A program made the translations under genes and the position numbers. Below, piece after piece: positions 6,077 to 13,013 of a DNA stretch of 13,013 nucleotides; positions within the stretch are counted from its first letter, which is position 1; the number at the start of each line of letters is the position of its first letter. The stretch is taken from positions 1-13,013 of the forward strand of contig JADFSZ010000027.1 in assembly GCA_022560555.1 (NCBI GenBank). Reading direction: 5' to 3'. The notes below the pieces were generated by a model that was not told the DNA's origin, searched no databases, and worked only from the letters and a program-made list of their open reading frames with translations. Origin of the DNA: PVC group bacterium (GTDB lineage Bacteria; GCA-001730085; JADFSZ01).

Positions 6077-7370
6077 ACGATTGGATGGCCTCCATAGTCT
6101 TTGATGTGGCTCCTTGGTTTTGGCTGAGCAATCGAAGAGCCCGTTCGCCAATTTTGGATTGGGCAGCATTGTTCATGAGAATGTCATGAGCTCGATCGAC
6201 CAATCCAACCCAGTCCTTAACCGAAACAAGAGCGTCATGGCGAGAAAATAGATTGAAAATTTCCTGAAAATTTTCCATATGCGGACCGCAAATCGTTATG
6301 CGTCCATACGCGGAGGGCTCTAGAATATTGTGTCCGCCGACCGGAACAAAACTTCCACCCATAATAACAATATCAGCAATGCTGAACAAAGAACTTAAAA
6401 TGCCAAGCTTATCGATGATAATGACTTTGGGCCTTTTGTCTTTGTCAAATGTTTTAAGTTCGCTCAATAAAGTGAATTGAGATCGATAGACGGAATTTTT
6501 CACGTCATTAACAACAGAATCAATGCGCTCCGGATGGCGCGGCGCGATGAGTAATACTATGTCGTGTGATAAACATTTTTGTTCGATATCCGAAAAGGCC
6601 CTTAAAAAAAGACTTTCCTCGCCTTTGTGCGTGCTGGCGGCGATGAGGATTTTTTGGCCTTTTGTGATTCCTAAGTGAGTCCTCCAGCGCCTTGAAGCGA
6701 GCTCGAGAGTTTCCGGCGGAGTGTAATCAAACTTGATGTTACCGATGACTGTTGTTCTTTCAGCCGGAGCTCCCATCGAGAGAATGCGCTCTCGATCGTC
6801 GTCCGTTTGCATGAATAAGGCTCGAAATAAAGACAGATATTTTTTGAGTCCCCAGCGAATCAATCGGTACCGCTTAAAGGCTCTAGGCGAAATCCGTCCG
6901 TTAACTAAAAAAACAGGAATATGTTTTTTGGAGGCCGTATTGAGAAAATTCGGCCAAATTTCTGTTTCCATTATCAGGATCATGTCAGGGTTGAGGATAT
7001 TGAGAAATTTAGAAGAGGCCCAAGGGAAATCCAATGGGAAATATGTAACAGAAACTCTGGGATGGTGCAAGTATTTTTGTCTCGCTAAATCTTGAGCCGT
7101 TTTCGTTGTTGTTGTAACGACAATATGATGGGGCCAGGTCGTGAGGGCTTTCTCTATTAATGGGCCGGCGGCCTGTATTTCCCCGACAGAAACGGCATGG
7201 ATGAGAAGGATTTTGCCTTGCTTTGGAACATGACAACCCGCACAAATATTGCCTGACAAGCGACACAATGTACCTTCCTTGTATTTATGCGTCGTTAGGA
7301 TTTGGTAGAGAAAGTAGGGAAGAAAGAGAATAAATGATATGAATAAAGCAATATTGTACAGAATCGTCAT
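6045..7370 (-). CDS. waaA: 3-deoxy-D-manno-octulosonic acid (Kdo) transferase, GT30
   Basis: 441-aa ORF with an N-terminal membrane anchor. Blocks match my recollection of E. coli WaaA/KdtA: HAVSVGEIQAAGPLI, IMETEIWPNFL, ASTHKGEE, APRHPER, GGSFVPVGGHNILEP, NQGAT. The start ATG overlaps the stop of the upstream ORF (ATGA). Confidence 0.85.
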   Translation of the reverse strand: MTILYNIALFISFILFLPYFLYQILTTHKYKEGTLCRLSGNICAGCHVPKQGKILLIHAVSVGEIQAAGPLIEKALTTWPHHIVVTTTTKTAQDLARQKYLHHPRVSVTYFPLDFPWASSKFLNILNPDMILIMETEIWPNFLNTASKKHIPVFLVNGRISPRAFKRYRLIRWGLKKYLSLFRALFMQTDDDRERILSMGAPAERTTVIGNIKFDYTPPETLELASRRWRTHLGITKGQKILIAASTHKGEESLFLRAFSDIEQKCLSHDIVLLIAPRHPERIDSVVNDVKNSVYRSQFTLLSELKTFDKDKRPKVIIIDKLGILSSLFSIADIVIMGGSFVPVGGHNILEPSAYGRITICGPHMENFQEIFNLFSRHDALVSVKDWVGLVDRAHDILMNNAAQSKIGERALRLLSQNQGATSKTMEAIQSWLRASPEARA

Positions 7371-9469
7371 TGTTCCTTCTCAGCTGATTTACTTAAAGCG
7401 TGTTTGGCCTTGCGGACTTTGTCCAGGGCCCTGCGGGCCTTGTACATATTAGGGTTTACCCGCAGGGCTCTGATGAGCATGGTTTGGGCCTGATCAAACT
7501 GCCCTTCCTCGAAATAGAGCAATCCCTCATCAACCATGGCTATCGTGAGATTGGGCCTGAGTTTAATCGTTTGCGTGAAGTAGTCATGAGCTTTTTTATA
7601 GTCTTTGAGTTCCGCTAGTGTTTTGGCTAAATAATAGAAAGGCAAATAATTGAGAGGGTCGCGATTGATGACATCACGAAACATTGGTTTTGCCTGTCGA
7701 AAGTTTTTCATCTCGAAAAGAATTAATCCGACTTGGTACTTTATCTCGATATTTCGGGGTTGAGAACGAAGCACGATCGAAAAATTTCTGAGAGCTTTAT
7801 CGTATTGAGAATTCATCATGTAAAGTTTGGCCAGCTGCTCATAATATTCCATATGCACAGGATACAGTTTAATGGCGAGTCTGTATTCTTTAATGGCGTC
7901 TGTTATCAGATTTTCTTTTCTGTAGATGTCCGCGAGAAAGGCATGATAAATGTGAATATTGGGCTTGATCCGTATGGCTTCCTTGAGTTCCTCTCTCGCT
8001 TTTTCGGTGTCCCCAAGGGACACGTGAATTTGAAACAAATGGTAATGGGGAATATCCGAATCCGGATTGTTTTCAGAGGCCTTTTGGTAAGTGACAATGG
8101 CTTTGTCTATTTGGCCGCGTTTTTGATGAAGGATGCCTAGGTTAACATAACTAAAGAGATCATCCGGATTCTTTTCAATGGCAACGAGAAGCTCTTTTTC
8201 GGCCGCCCCCAGGTCGCCTTTGGCGATATAAAGTTTTCCGAGCTGATTGTAAGAGATGGTATTGTCCGGGAAAATCGCTTTTACGTTATGCCAAACTTTA
8301 AATGAATTTTTCCAAGTGAGATTATGATTGTACGTGAGGGGAAGAAAAATTACGGCACAAAGAGAAGCGCCGAGGAGTATCCATCTTTCCAGAGATTTAC
8401 TTTTTGAAATGTGAGTTAAGATTTCGAAGCTGACGGCAAAAAATATCACAAGAGCGATAGATGGATAGAAGGATTGTCTCAAAGTGAAATAGGTATCATC
8501 CGTAAATAAAATACTGAACAAAAGTGATAGGACAACAAAGGTCAGTATGAAATGACGGTAGCGACTTTTAAAAATGGAAGTGGTGACCAAAATAAGTAGA
8601 AGGCAAAAAATCGCAAAGCCCCAAATATAGGTCGATGTATTTTGCAAGTTACTGAGAGGATAAATGATGGACAATGGATGGGGGTAAAAGAAAAACCGAA
8701 AAATAAGAATAACTTTTGTCCACAATGGCTCAAAAATCGAGAACGTCCCCTGGGTTAATCCGCTCGTAATGTAAAACAAGTAACCGAGGGTTGTGAGGCC
8801 AAGAACCACATGCGTCTTAAGCCGCTTTTGCGCGAAGGCCTTTAGACTTATATTTCTAAAAGAAGTAATATCCAAAAGCAGCAAAAGCAGCGGTAAGTAC
8901 ATGATACGCCAAGAAGACAAAAGACCCAAAATGTATATGCTAAGAAGAACCGTCAAAGACGTGTACGAATATGTGTCTTTGTCCATCATGTGTTTTTGAA
9001 AGAAATAGAGACAAAGCACAAGAAAAAGCCCCGAGAGAATAAGTCCTCTGGAAGAAATCCACGTTACGACGGAAATATGGCTTGGATGAAGGGCGAAGAG
9101 GAGGGCAAAAATAAAAGCATAGTTCCGGAACCTCAAAAGTTTTTCTAAAAAAAGATAAAGGAACACGCATAAAAATACATATATTACCCCGTTCGTGACA
9201 TGATATCCGAGTGGATTTGTCTTCCATAATTTATAATCCAAAGCGAATGTAATTAAAGATAAAGGAGAAGATTGTGTAATTTGAGCATTTTTGAAAAGAA
9301 ATTGCAAATGGGATCGATTCAGGTTTTTAATAACCGGATTTTCAAGAATGAGCTGTGTGTCCTCAAGATCAATAAAATCGCTTTGGAGGATCGGGATGTA
9401 GCATAGGGCTACAAGAAGAATGATGAGGCTTATATGCCATACGACAGATGTATTTTTTAGGCGGCTCAA
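7367..9469 (-). CDS. Polytopic membrane protein resembling GT-C fold glycosyltransferases (PMT_2/ArnT/TMTC-like) fused to a C-terminal TPR array
   Basis: 700-aa ORF. TTG start at 9469 with GGAG 7 nt upstream; there is no alternative Met nearby. The N-terminal ~390 aa have roughly 12-13 hydrophobic segments. The first loop is DFIDLEDTQLILENP, an acidic pair as in GT-C enzymes. FALHPSHISVVTWISSR resembles the HP...V...R block of PMT_2/TMTC-like proteins (from memory). The C-terminal ~300 aa are consecutive TPR-like repeats (AIVTYQKASENNPD, AIKEYRLAIKLYPV, ALRNFSIVLRSQPRN, AHDYFTQTIKLRPN). The catalytic assignment is inferred. Confidence 0.7.
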   Translation of the reverse strand: MSRLKNTSVVWHISLIILLVALCYIPILQSDFIDLEDTQLILENPVIKNLNRSHLQFLFKNAQITQSSPLSLITFALDYKLWKTNPLGYHVTNGVIYVFLCVFLYLFLEKLLRFRNYAFIFALLFALHPSHISVVTWISSRGLILSGLFLVLCLYFFQKHMMDKDTYSYTSLTVLLSIYILGLLSSWRIMYLPLLLLLLDITSFRNISLKAFAQKRLKTHVVLGLTTLGYLFYITSGLTQGTFSIFEPLWTKVILIFRFFFYPHPLSIIYPLSNLQNTSTYIWGFAIFCLLLILVTTSIFKSRYRHFILTFVVLSLLFSILFTDDTYFTLRQSFYPSIALVIFFAVSFEILTHISKSKSLERWILLGASLCAVIFLPLTYNHNLTWKNSFKVWHNVKAIFPDNTISYNQLGKLYIAKGDLGAAEKELLVAIEKNPDDLFSYVNLGILHQKRGQIDKAIVTYQKASENNPDSDIPHYHLFQIHVSLGDTEKAREELKEAIRIKPNIHIYHAFLADIYRKENLITDAIKEYRLAIKLYPVHMEYYEQLAKLYMMNSQYDKALRNFSIVLRSQPRNIEIKYQVGLILFEMKNFRQAKPMFRDVINRDPLNYLPFYYLAKTLAELKDYKKAHDYFTQTIKLRPNLTIAMVDEGLLYFEEGQFDQAQTMLIRALRVNPNMYKARRALDKVRKAKHALSKSAEKEQ

Positions 9470-9513
9470 GAGGGGGCTCCAAACGTGATTTTCATAACTC
9501 TATCAGAATGCGA

Positions 9514-9542
9514 ATTTTAACATGAGAGGCTCTTCGGGGCAA
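9514..9542 (-). promoter_or_regulatory. Sigma70-type promoter for the GT-C/TPR-waaA operon
   Basis: On the minus strand: -35 TTGCCC (9542-9537), 17-bp spacer, -10 TAAAAT (9519-9514), about 40-45 nt upstream of the TTG start at 9469. Confidence 0.5.
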
Positions 9543-9570
9543 CTCTAGTTTGATTTGATCGAAGAGACCT
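9527..9570. promoter_or_regulatory. Imperfect inverted repeat AGG-CTCTTCG / CGAAGAG(A)CCT between the divergent promoters (candidate operator)
   Basis: A perfect 7-bp core CTCTTCG (9530-9536) pairs with CGAAGAG (9560-9566), with a 23-bp spacer. The arms extend to 10 of 11 positions with one indel. The spacer contains the minus-strand -35 and a TTTGATTTGAT direct repeat. Confidence 0.35.
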
Positions 9571-9608
9571 TATTCCGTCTGAAAATTGAGCTTATCGGAT
9601 GACTTACC

Positions 9609-9638
9609 TTGACATACATGGATTCCAAAAGCTAGAAT
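9609..9638 (+). promoter_or_regulatory. Sigma70-type promoter for the aminotransferase-galE-Wzy_C operon
   Basis: Perfect -35 TTGACA (9609-9614), 18-bp spacer, -10 TAGAAT (9633-9638), about 35-45 nt upstream of the candidate start codons. The spacer is 1 bp longer than optimal. Confidence 0.6.
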
Positions 9639-9670
9639 GACGCCCTACATATGGCTCATACAAAAAAGGG

Positions 9671-10819
9671 ATGCCGGGTATGACAGTACCAAAAAAGATT
9701 CCCCTTCTTGACCTTAAGGCGCAATTGGACCCAATCCGAGAAGAAATCCATGACGCGATGCAAAAAGTCATTGAGTGCGGAGCTTTTATCAATGGCCCTG
9801 AAGTGAGAGAGTTTGAGGCGGACATTGAGCAATATCTCAAAAGCCCTTTTGCCGTGGGGGTGTCCAGTGGAACAGAAGCGCTTGTTTTGTCATTATGGGC
9901 GCTCGGACTCAAGGCGGGGGAGCATGTTGTGTGTCCGGCATTCACGTATTATGCTACCGCGGGAGCCATTATCAAGGCGGGAGGTGTTCCCGTATTCTGT
10001 GATATTGATCCCAAAACATTTAACATGGATCCCAACCGGCTTTCCGATATTTTGAAAAAATCAAAAAACCCGATTAAAGTTGTCATTGCTGTCCACTTAT
10101 ACGGACAGCCGGCTGAAATGGATTCGATTTTAGCATTGGGGCGCGAGCATCATTTATATGTCATTGAGGACAACGCGCAATCTTTTGGATCACAGTATAA
10201 AAATCAGTTTGCGGGAACACTCGGGAACTGCGGAACTTTGTCGTTTTTTCCGGGAAAAAATCTAGGGGCCTTTGGCGACGCCGGAATGGTTTTAACGGGG
10301 GATAAAGAGACGGCGCAAAAACTTCGGGCTTTTCGTAACCAGGGAACAGAGCCTAAAGCTAAATACGATCACGTTTATCTGGGGACGAACGGCCGGCTCG
10401 ATACGCTCCAGGCCGCCGTACTAAAAGTCAAATTAAAATATGTTCAAGGATGGAATGAAAAGCGAGCCCGGCACGCGGAAGGTTATCGGGAACGTCTCAG
10501 AGATTGTCCGACGGATCTCCCTTTGGTTCCTGAGGGCAATACCCATGTTTATCACCAGTTTGTCCTTAGAAGCCGGGATAAACCCCGGATTGTAAAATAT
10601 CTTAACGAGTGCGGTATTGATTCACGTACGTATTATCCTAAACCGCTTCATTTGCAGACATGCTTTCGTTTTCTTGACGGTCATTTGGGCGACTATCCCG
10701 TCTCAGAGAGAGCGTCGAAGGAACTTTTTGCCATACCGTGCTATCCTGAACTAACGGAGAGTGATTTGGACTATATTGTAGACAAGATCAAGCAGGTACT
10801 CAAGGAGAAACGGGCATGA
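9671..10819 (+). CDS. DegT/DnrJ/EryC1/StrS-family PLP-dependent sugar aminotransferase
   Basis: 382-aa ORF. Family-typical IPLLDLKAQ...FINGPEVREFE...GVSSGTEALVL...PAFTYYATAGAI, with the PLP-lysine block SFFPGKNLGAFGDAG. The true start is probably the second ATG at 9680 (AGGGA 8 nt upstream, giving MTVPKKIPLLDL), because the ATG at 9671 has no spacer to that purine run. The substrate sugar cannot be determined. Confidence 0.85.
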   Translation: MPGMTVPKKIPLLDLKAQLDPIREEIHDAMQKVIECGAFINGPEVREFEADIEQYLKSPFAVGVSSGTEALVLSLWALGLKAGEHVVCPAFTYYATAGAIIKAGGVPVFCDIDPKTFNMDPNRLSDILKKSKNPIKVVIAVHLYGQPAEMDSILALGREHHLYVIEDNAQSFGSQYKNQFAGTLGNCGTLSFFPGKNLGAFGDAGMVLTGDKETAQKLRAFRNQGTEPKAKYDHVYLGTNGRLDTLQAAVLKVKLKYVQGWNEKRARHAEGYRERLRDCPTDLPLVPEGNTHVYHQFVLRSRDKPRIVKYLNECGIDSRTYYPKPLHLQTCFRFLDGHLGDYPVSERASKELFAIPCYPELTESDLDYIVDKIKQVLKEKRA

Positions 10820-11790
10820 AAGTTCTGGTGACAGGGGGCGCGGGTTATATCGGTTCCGTTACGGCCCATCAGCTGAGGCAGGAAGGGTTTGATGTTGTCA
10901 TTATGGATAATTTCTCAAGCGGGACGAGAAAATCCATTCCTCAGAAAATTCCGTACCATCAAGCGGACTTAAAAAACCTCAATCAAATTCGGGAGCTTTT
11001 TCGTCAGTATCGGTTTGAGGCTGTGATTCATTTTGCGGGATTGATTTCTGTGAGTGAATCCGTTGCAAATCCATGGATATATTATGAAAATAATGTTTTA
11101 GGAAGCCTTAATCTACTTCGTACGATGATCGAATACGGATCGTCCAAAATTGTTTTTTCATCTACGGCGGCCGTCTATGGAAATCCCAAAAGAACACCCA
11201 TCAAAGAACATGACCCTAAGTGTCCTATTAATCCTTATGGAAAAACAAAACTTGTGGTTGAAGAACTCTTGAAGAGTTTAAGCCTAAGATACTCCATCAA
11301 GTACGTGAATCTTCGATATTTTAACGCGGCCGGGGCCGATGGGGTTTTAGGGGAGAATCACGCAAATGAAATACACTTGATCCCTCTTCTCTTTTGGGCG
11401 TCATTGGGGAAGATAAAAAGATTTTCCGTGTACGGGCGTGATTACCCGACGAAAGACGGGACCGCTGTACGTGACTTTATTCATGTTTTAGATTTAGCGC
11501 GGGCCCACACCCTGGGGCTCAAGAAAATGAATCGTATTTATAATCAATCGTTTAATGTTGGTACGGGAAAGGGATATTCTGTTCAGGAGGTCTACGAGCG
11601 GGCCGAAAAAATTTCGTCACGTGAAATCCCTGTAAGCTATCAAAAACGGCGTCCGGGAGATCCGGCGATTCTTATCGCAGACTCTTCCATGATTCGAAAA
11701 AAAATGGGTTGGCGTCCCCAATACGGTTTGGATGATATTTTAGAAAGTGCCTGGGAATGGGAACAGAAGCGTGTTTATCAATCATGTTAG
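10816..11790 (+). CDS. galE: UDP-glucose (or UDP-hexose/HexNAc) 4-epimerase, extended SDR
   Basis: 324-aa ORF whose ATG overlaps the aminotransferase stop (ATGA), with GGAG upstream. Rossmann motif VTGGAGYIGS, catalytic SSTAAVYG and PYGKTK (YxxxK), plus LRYFNAAGA and DGTAVRDFIHVLDLARAH, all typical of GalE. Confidence 0.85.
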   Translation: MKVLVTGGAGYIGSVTAHQLRQEGFDVVIMDNFSSGTRKSIPQKIPYHQADLKNLNQIRELFRQYRFEAVIHFAGLISVSESVANPWIYYENNVLGSLNLLRTMIEYGSSKIVFSSTAAVYGNPKRTPIKEHDPKCPINPYGKTKLVVEELLKSLSLRYSIKYVNLRYFNAAGADGVLGENHANEIHLIPLLFWASLGKIKRFSVYGRDYPTKDGTAVRDFIHVLDLARAHTLGLKKMNRIYNQSFNVGTGKGYSVQEVYERAEKISSREIPVSYQKRRPGDPAILIADSSMIRKKMGWRPQYGLDDILESAWEWEQKRVYQSC

Positions 11791-11793
11791 GAT

Positions 11794-11804
11794 GTAAATC
11801 GTGA
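11794..11804 (+). repeat. Single unit of the same family (GTAAATCGTGA)
   Basis: This 11-mer is identical to 3178-3188. It starts 3 nt after the galE stop and includes the proposed GTG start of the next gene. A lone unit could be coincidental, though an exact 11-mer match is unlikely by chance in 13 kb. Confidence 0.5.
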
Positions 11805-12949
11805 CGGATACGCATGTCAAATTTGAAAAACTGATATTGTTTTTTCTGATTCTCTTTATTCTTTTTTTGCCTTACTCTATTTATCTTTCGCAGACAGCCA
11901 TGCATTTGGCCATGATACTGTGGCTGGTAAAAATATTTAGCCTTCCGCTCAAGGAAAAAATCTGGATCAAGACCCCCATAGACACTCCATTTTTCTTTCT
12001 TATTATTTGTCTCATCGTTTCGTTTCTCGCGAATGCGGTCACGGAAGGATATGGGGCTCAGTTAAGATCGATCCGGTCTTATCGTCATATATTCATTCTC
12101 TTTTTAATTGTGAATAACATTCGCAAAGAAAAAAATCTGCAATTTCTTGTGACGGCCACATGTTTCTTGACCTCTTTGCATGCTTTAGAAAGCTGCGGAC
12201 GGTTTTTCTCGGATTTTCATCAAAATATCTATGCATCTTTCGGAGGTTTTACCGAATCCGTTTTGTATTGGCATGTTTTTACTCTAGCCCTGGTTCGCTT
12301 AGGAAGCGTTGCAGCGAAAAGAGAAAGAATCTTCAATTTTTGCGTGTGTAGTGTGACATTTCTGGGGATTGTTGTGAATCAAAAGATCGAAGTTTGGCTG
12401 GCCCTTTTGATGAGTATGGCTTGTTTTGTAGGATTAAAGCATTCGAAACTTGGTAAGTATATTTTAGGGCTTACTTTCGTCCTGATATTTGGTGGGGGCG
12501 TATTCTATCTTTTTGGAGGCGAAAGGGTTTTTCTCCAGCTAGAGGCGTGGCGGATTATTTGTGAACATCCTTTAGGATTTGTTACGGCAACCAAAAATTT
12601 ATTGCAAAGTTTAGGCTATCAGGATAATATAGACCATTTCCATAGTGATTTTTTGCAAATGGGTGTTGTGTCCGGGGTTTTGGGGATTGTGAGTTTGCTG
12701 TGGTTTTTTTATTCATATCTCGCAAGATTGATGCGGTCTCTCAAACCCAATATTCAAGATTTTAGAAATGATCTTTTAGTATTCGGCAGCATTATGTTTG
12801 CAGGCCTTATGGTTCTTATGTGGCTGGGAGGCCCTCTGGAACTTTCAAAAAACATGATGTGTATTTTTTATTTTATGGGAATTGTGCTCTGGGGTATTTT
12901 GAAAGACACACGATTGCGTGAGACAAAAACTTTAGCCGATCTGATGTGA
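11801..12949 (+). CDS. O-antigen ligase/polymerase-family (Wzy_C-like) polytopic membrane protein
   Basis: 382-aa ORF. GTG start with AGGA 8 nt upstream, overlapping the galE stop; an internal ATG (MHLAMILW) is an alternative start. About 10 hydrophobic segments. A loop followed by HFHSDFLQMGVVSGVLGIVSLLWF resembles the H-x-x-x-L-x-x-x-x-E/G-x-G-x-x-G block of Wzy_C/WaaL-type proteins. Ligase, polymerase and O-oligosaccharyltransferase cannot be distinguished. Confidence 0.7.
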   Translation: MTDTHVKFEKLILFFLILFILFLPYSIYLSQTAMHLAMILWLVKIFSLPLKEKIWIKTPIDTPFFFLIICLIVSFLANAVTEGYGAQLRSIRSYRHIFILFLIVNNIRKEKNLQFLVTATCFLTSLHALESCGRFFSDFHQNIYASFGGFTESVLYWHVFTLALVRLGSVAAKRERIFNFCVCSVTFLGIVVNQKIEVWLALLMSMACFVGLKHSKLGKYILGLTFVLIFGGGVFYLFGGERVFLQLEAWRIICEHPLGFVTATKNLLQSLGYQDNIDHFHSDFLQMGVVSGVLGIVSLLWFFYSYLARLMRSLKPNIQDFRNDLLVFGSIMFAGLMVLMWLGGPLELSKNMMCIFYFMGIVLWGILKDTRLRETKTLADLM

Positions 12950-12965
12950 ACTTGTGCCAAAATTT

Positions 12966-13013
12966 GTGAAAAAAAAGTATGTCCGGATTTTGTTTGTTTT
13001 CGCGGGGCTTTTT
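12966..13013 (+). CDS. Possible 5' end of a further CDS truncated by the window edge
   Basis: The GTG at 12966 opens a frame that reads VKKKYVRILFVFAGLF to the last base, a plausible N-terminus. There is no convincing SD, and an out-of-frame ATG at 12979 is an alternative. Only 16 codons are visible. Confidence 0.2.
   Translation, partial: MKKKYVRILFVFAGLF

Noticed and set aside
9575-9583. CCGTCTGAA, 9 of the 10 bases of the Neisseria DNA uptake sequence GCCGTCTGAA, close to type IV pilus genes.
   Set aside because: It is a single copy. A 9-mer hit is plausible by chance in 26 kb of two-strand sequence, and the base composition and gene content do not look neisserial.
9604-9945. 113-aa - strand ORF that spans the aminotransferase 5' end and its promoter.
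   Set aside because: It is antisense to a well-supported DegT-family N-terminus and overlaps the TTGACA/TAGAAT promoter. Its composition is typical of a spurious frame.
11672-11905. 77-aa - strand ORF across the galE / Wzy_C-like junction.
   Set aside because: It is antisense to two confidently called genes, and I saw no independent signals for it.
716-12351. About two dozen 60-137-aa ORFs in the six-frame track lie antisense to, or out of frame within, the nine long CDSs (for example 716-985, 1049-1282, 1926-2294, 3346-4278, 6733-7095, 7733-8140, 8940-9227, 12160-12351).
   Set aside because: Each is embedded entirely or largely inside a longer ORF with strong family motifs. Their products are low-complexity and Arg/Ser/Cys-rich, as expected for antisense frames, and none has a start-site signal or a recognisable motif.
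1-13013. A mobile element, genomic island or defence locus interpretation of the window.
   Set aside because: There is no integrase, transposase, recombinase, tRNA attachment site, nuclease/helicase/methylase pair or toxin-antitoxin-like small gene pair. Every long ORF has a plausible envelope or housekeeping assignment.

Overview
The window looks like an ordinary cell-envelope and housekeeping region of a diderm (Gram-negative-type) bacterium. It is moderately AT-rich by eye and uses the standard genetic code: TAA, TAG and TGA each terminate full-length ORFs. Nine complete CDSs fill it in three transcription blocks. (i) On the + strand, pilB then pilC (type IV pilus / T2SS ATPase and platform protein). 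(ii) On the - strand, a GT-C-like membrane protein with TPR repeats runs into waaA (Kdo transferase) through an ATGA overlap. GC-rich hairpins and a likely separate promoter follow, then a secreted OmpA_C+LysM protein and pepA (M17 aminopeptidase). (iii) On the + strand, divergent from (ii), a DegT-family sugar aminotransferase runs into galE (ATGA overlap), then a Wzy_C / O-antigen-ligase-like membrane protein, then a possible ORF start cut by the window edge. I see no rRNA, tRNA, CRISPR array, transposase, integrase, toxin-antitoxin pair or recognisable defence gene, and I cannot honestly name a novel multi-gene system here. The most unusual signal is non-coding: a family of 7-bp tandem repeats, GTAAAT(C/G), placed just 3' of stop codons and always in the sense orientation of the upstream gene. 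A 14-mer is shared three times. One inverted pair brackets the pilC/pepA convergent spacer. A second heptamer array (ACTGAAR) covers the pilC translation-initiation region. Secondary points are tandem MshEN-type c-di-GMP-binding motifs in PilB, the GT-C/TPR protein translationally coupled to the Kdo transferase, and an OmpA_C+LysM protein with a Trp/Pro-rich N-terminal region. All functional calls come from motif recognition by eye; no database search was run.
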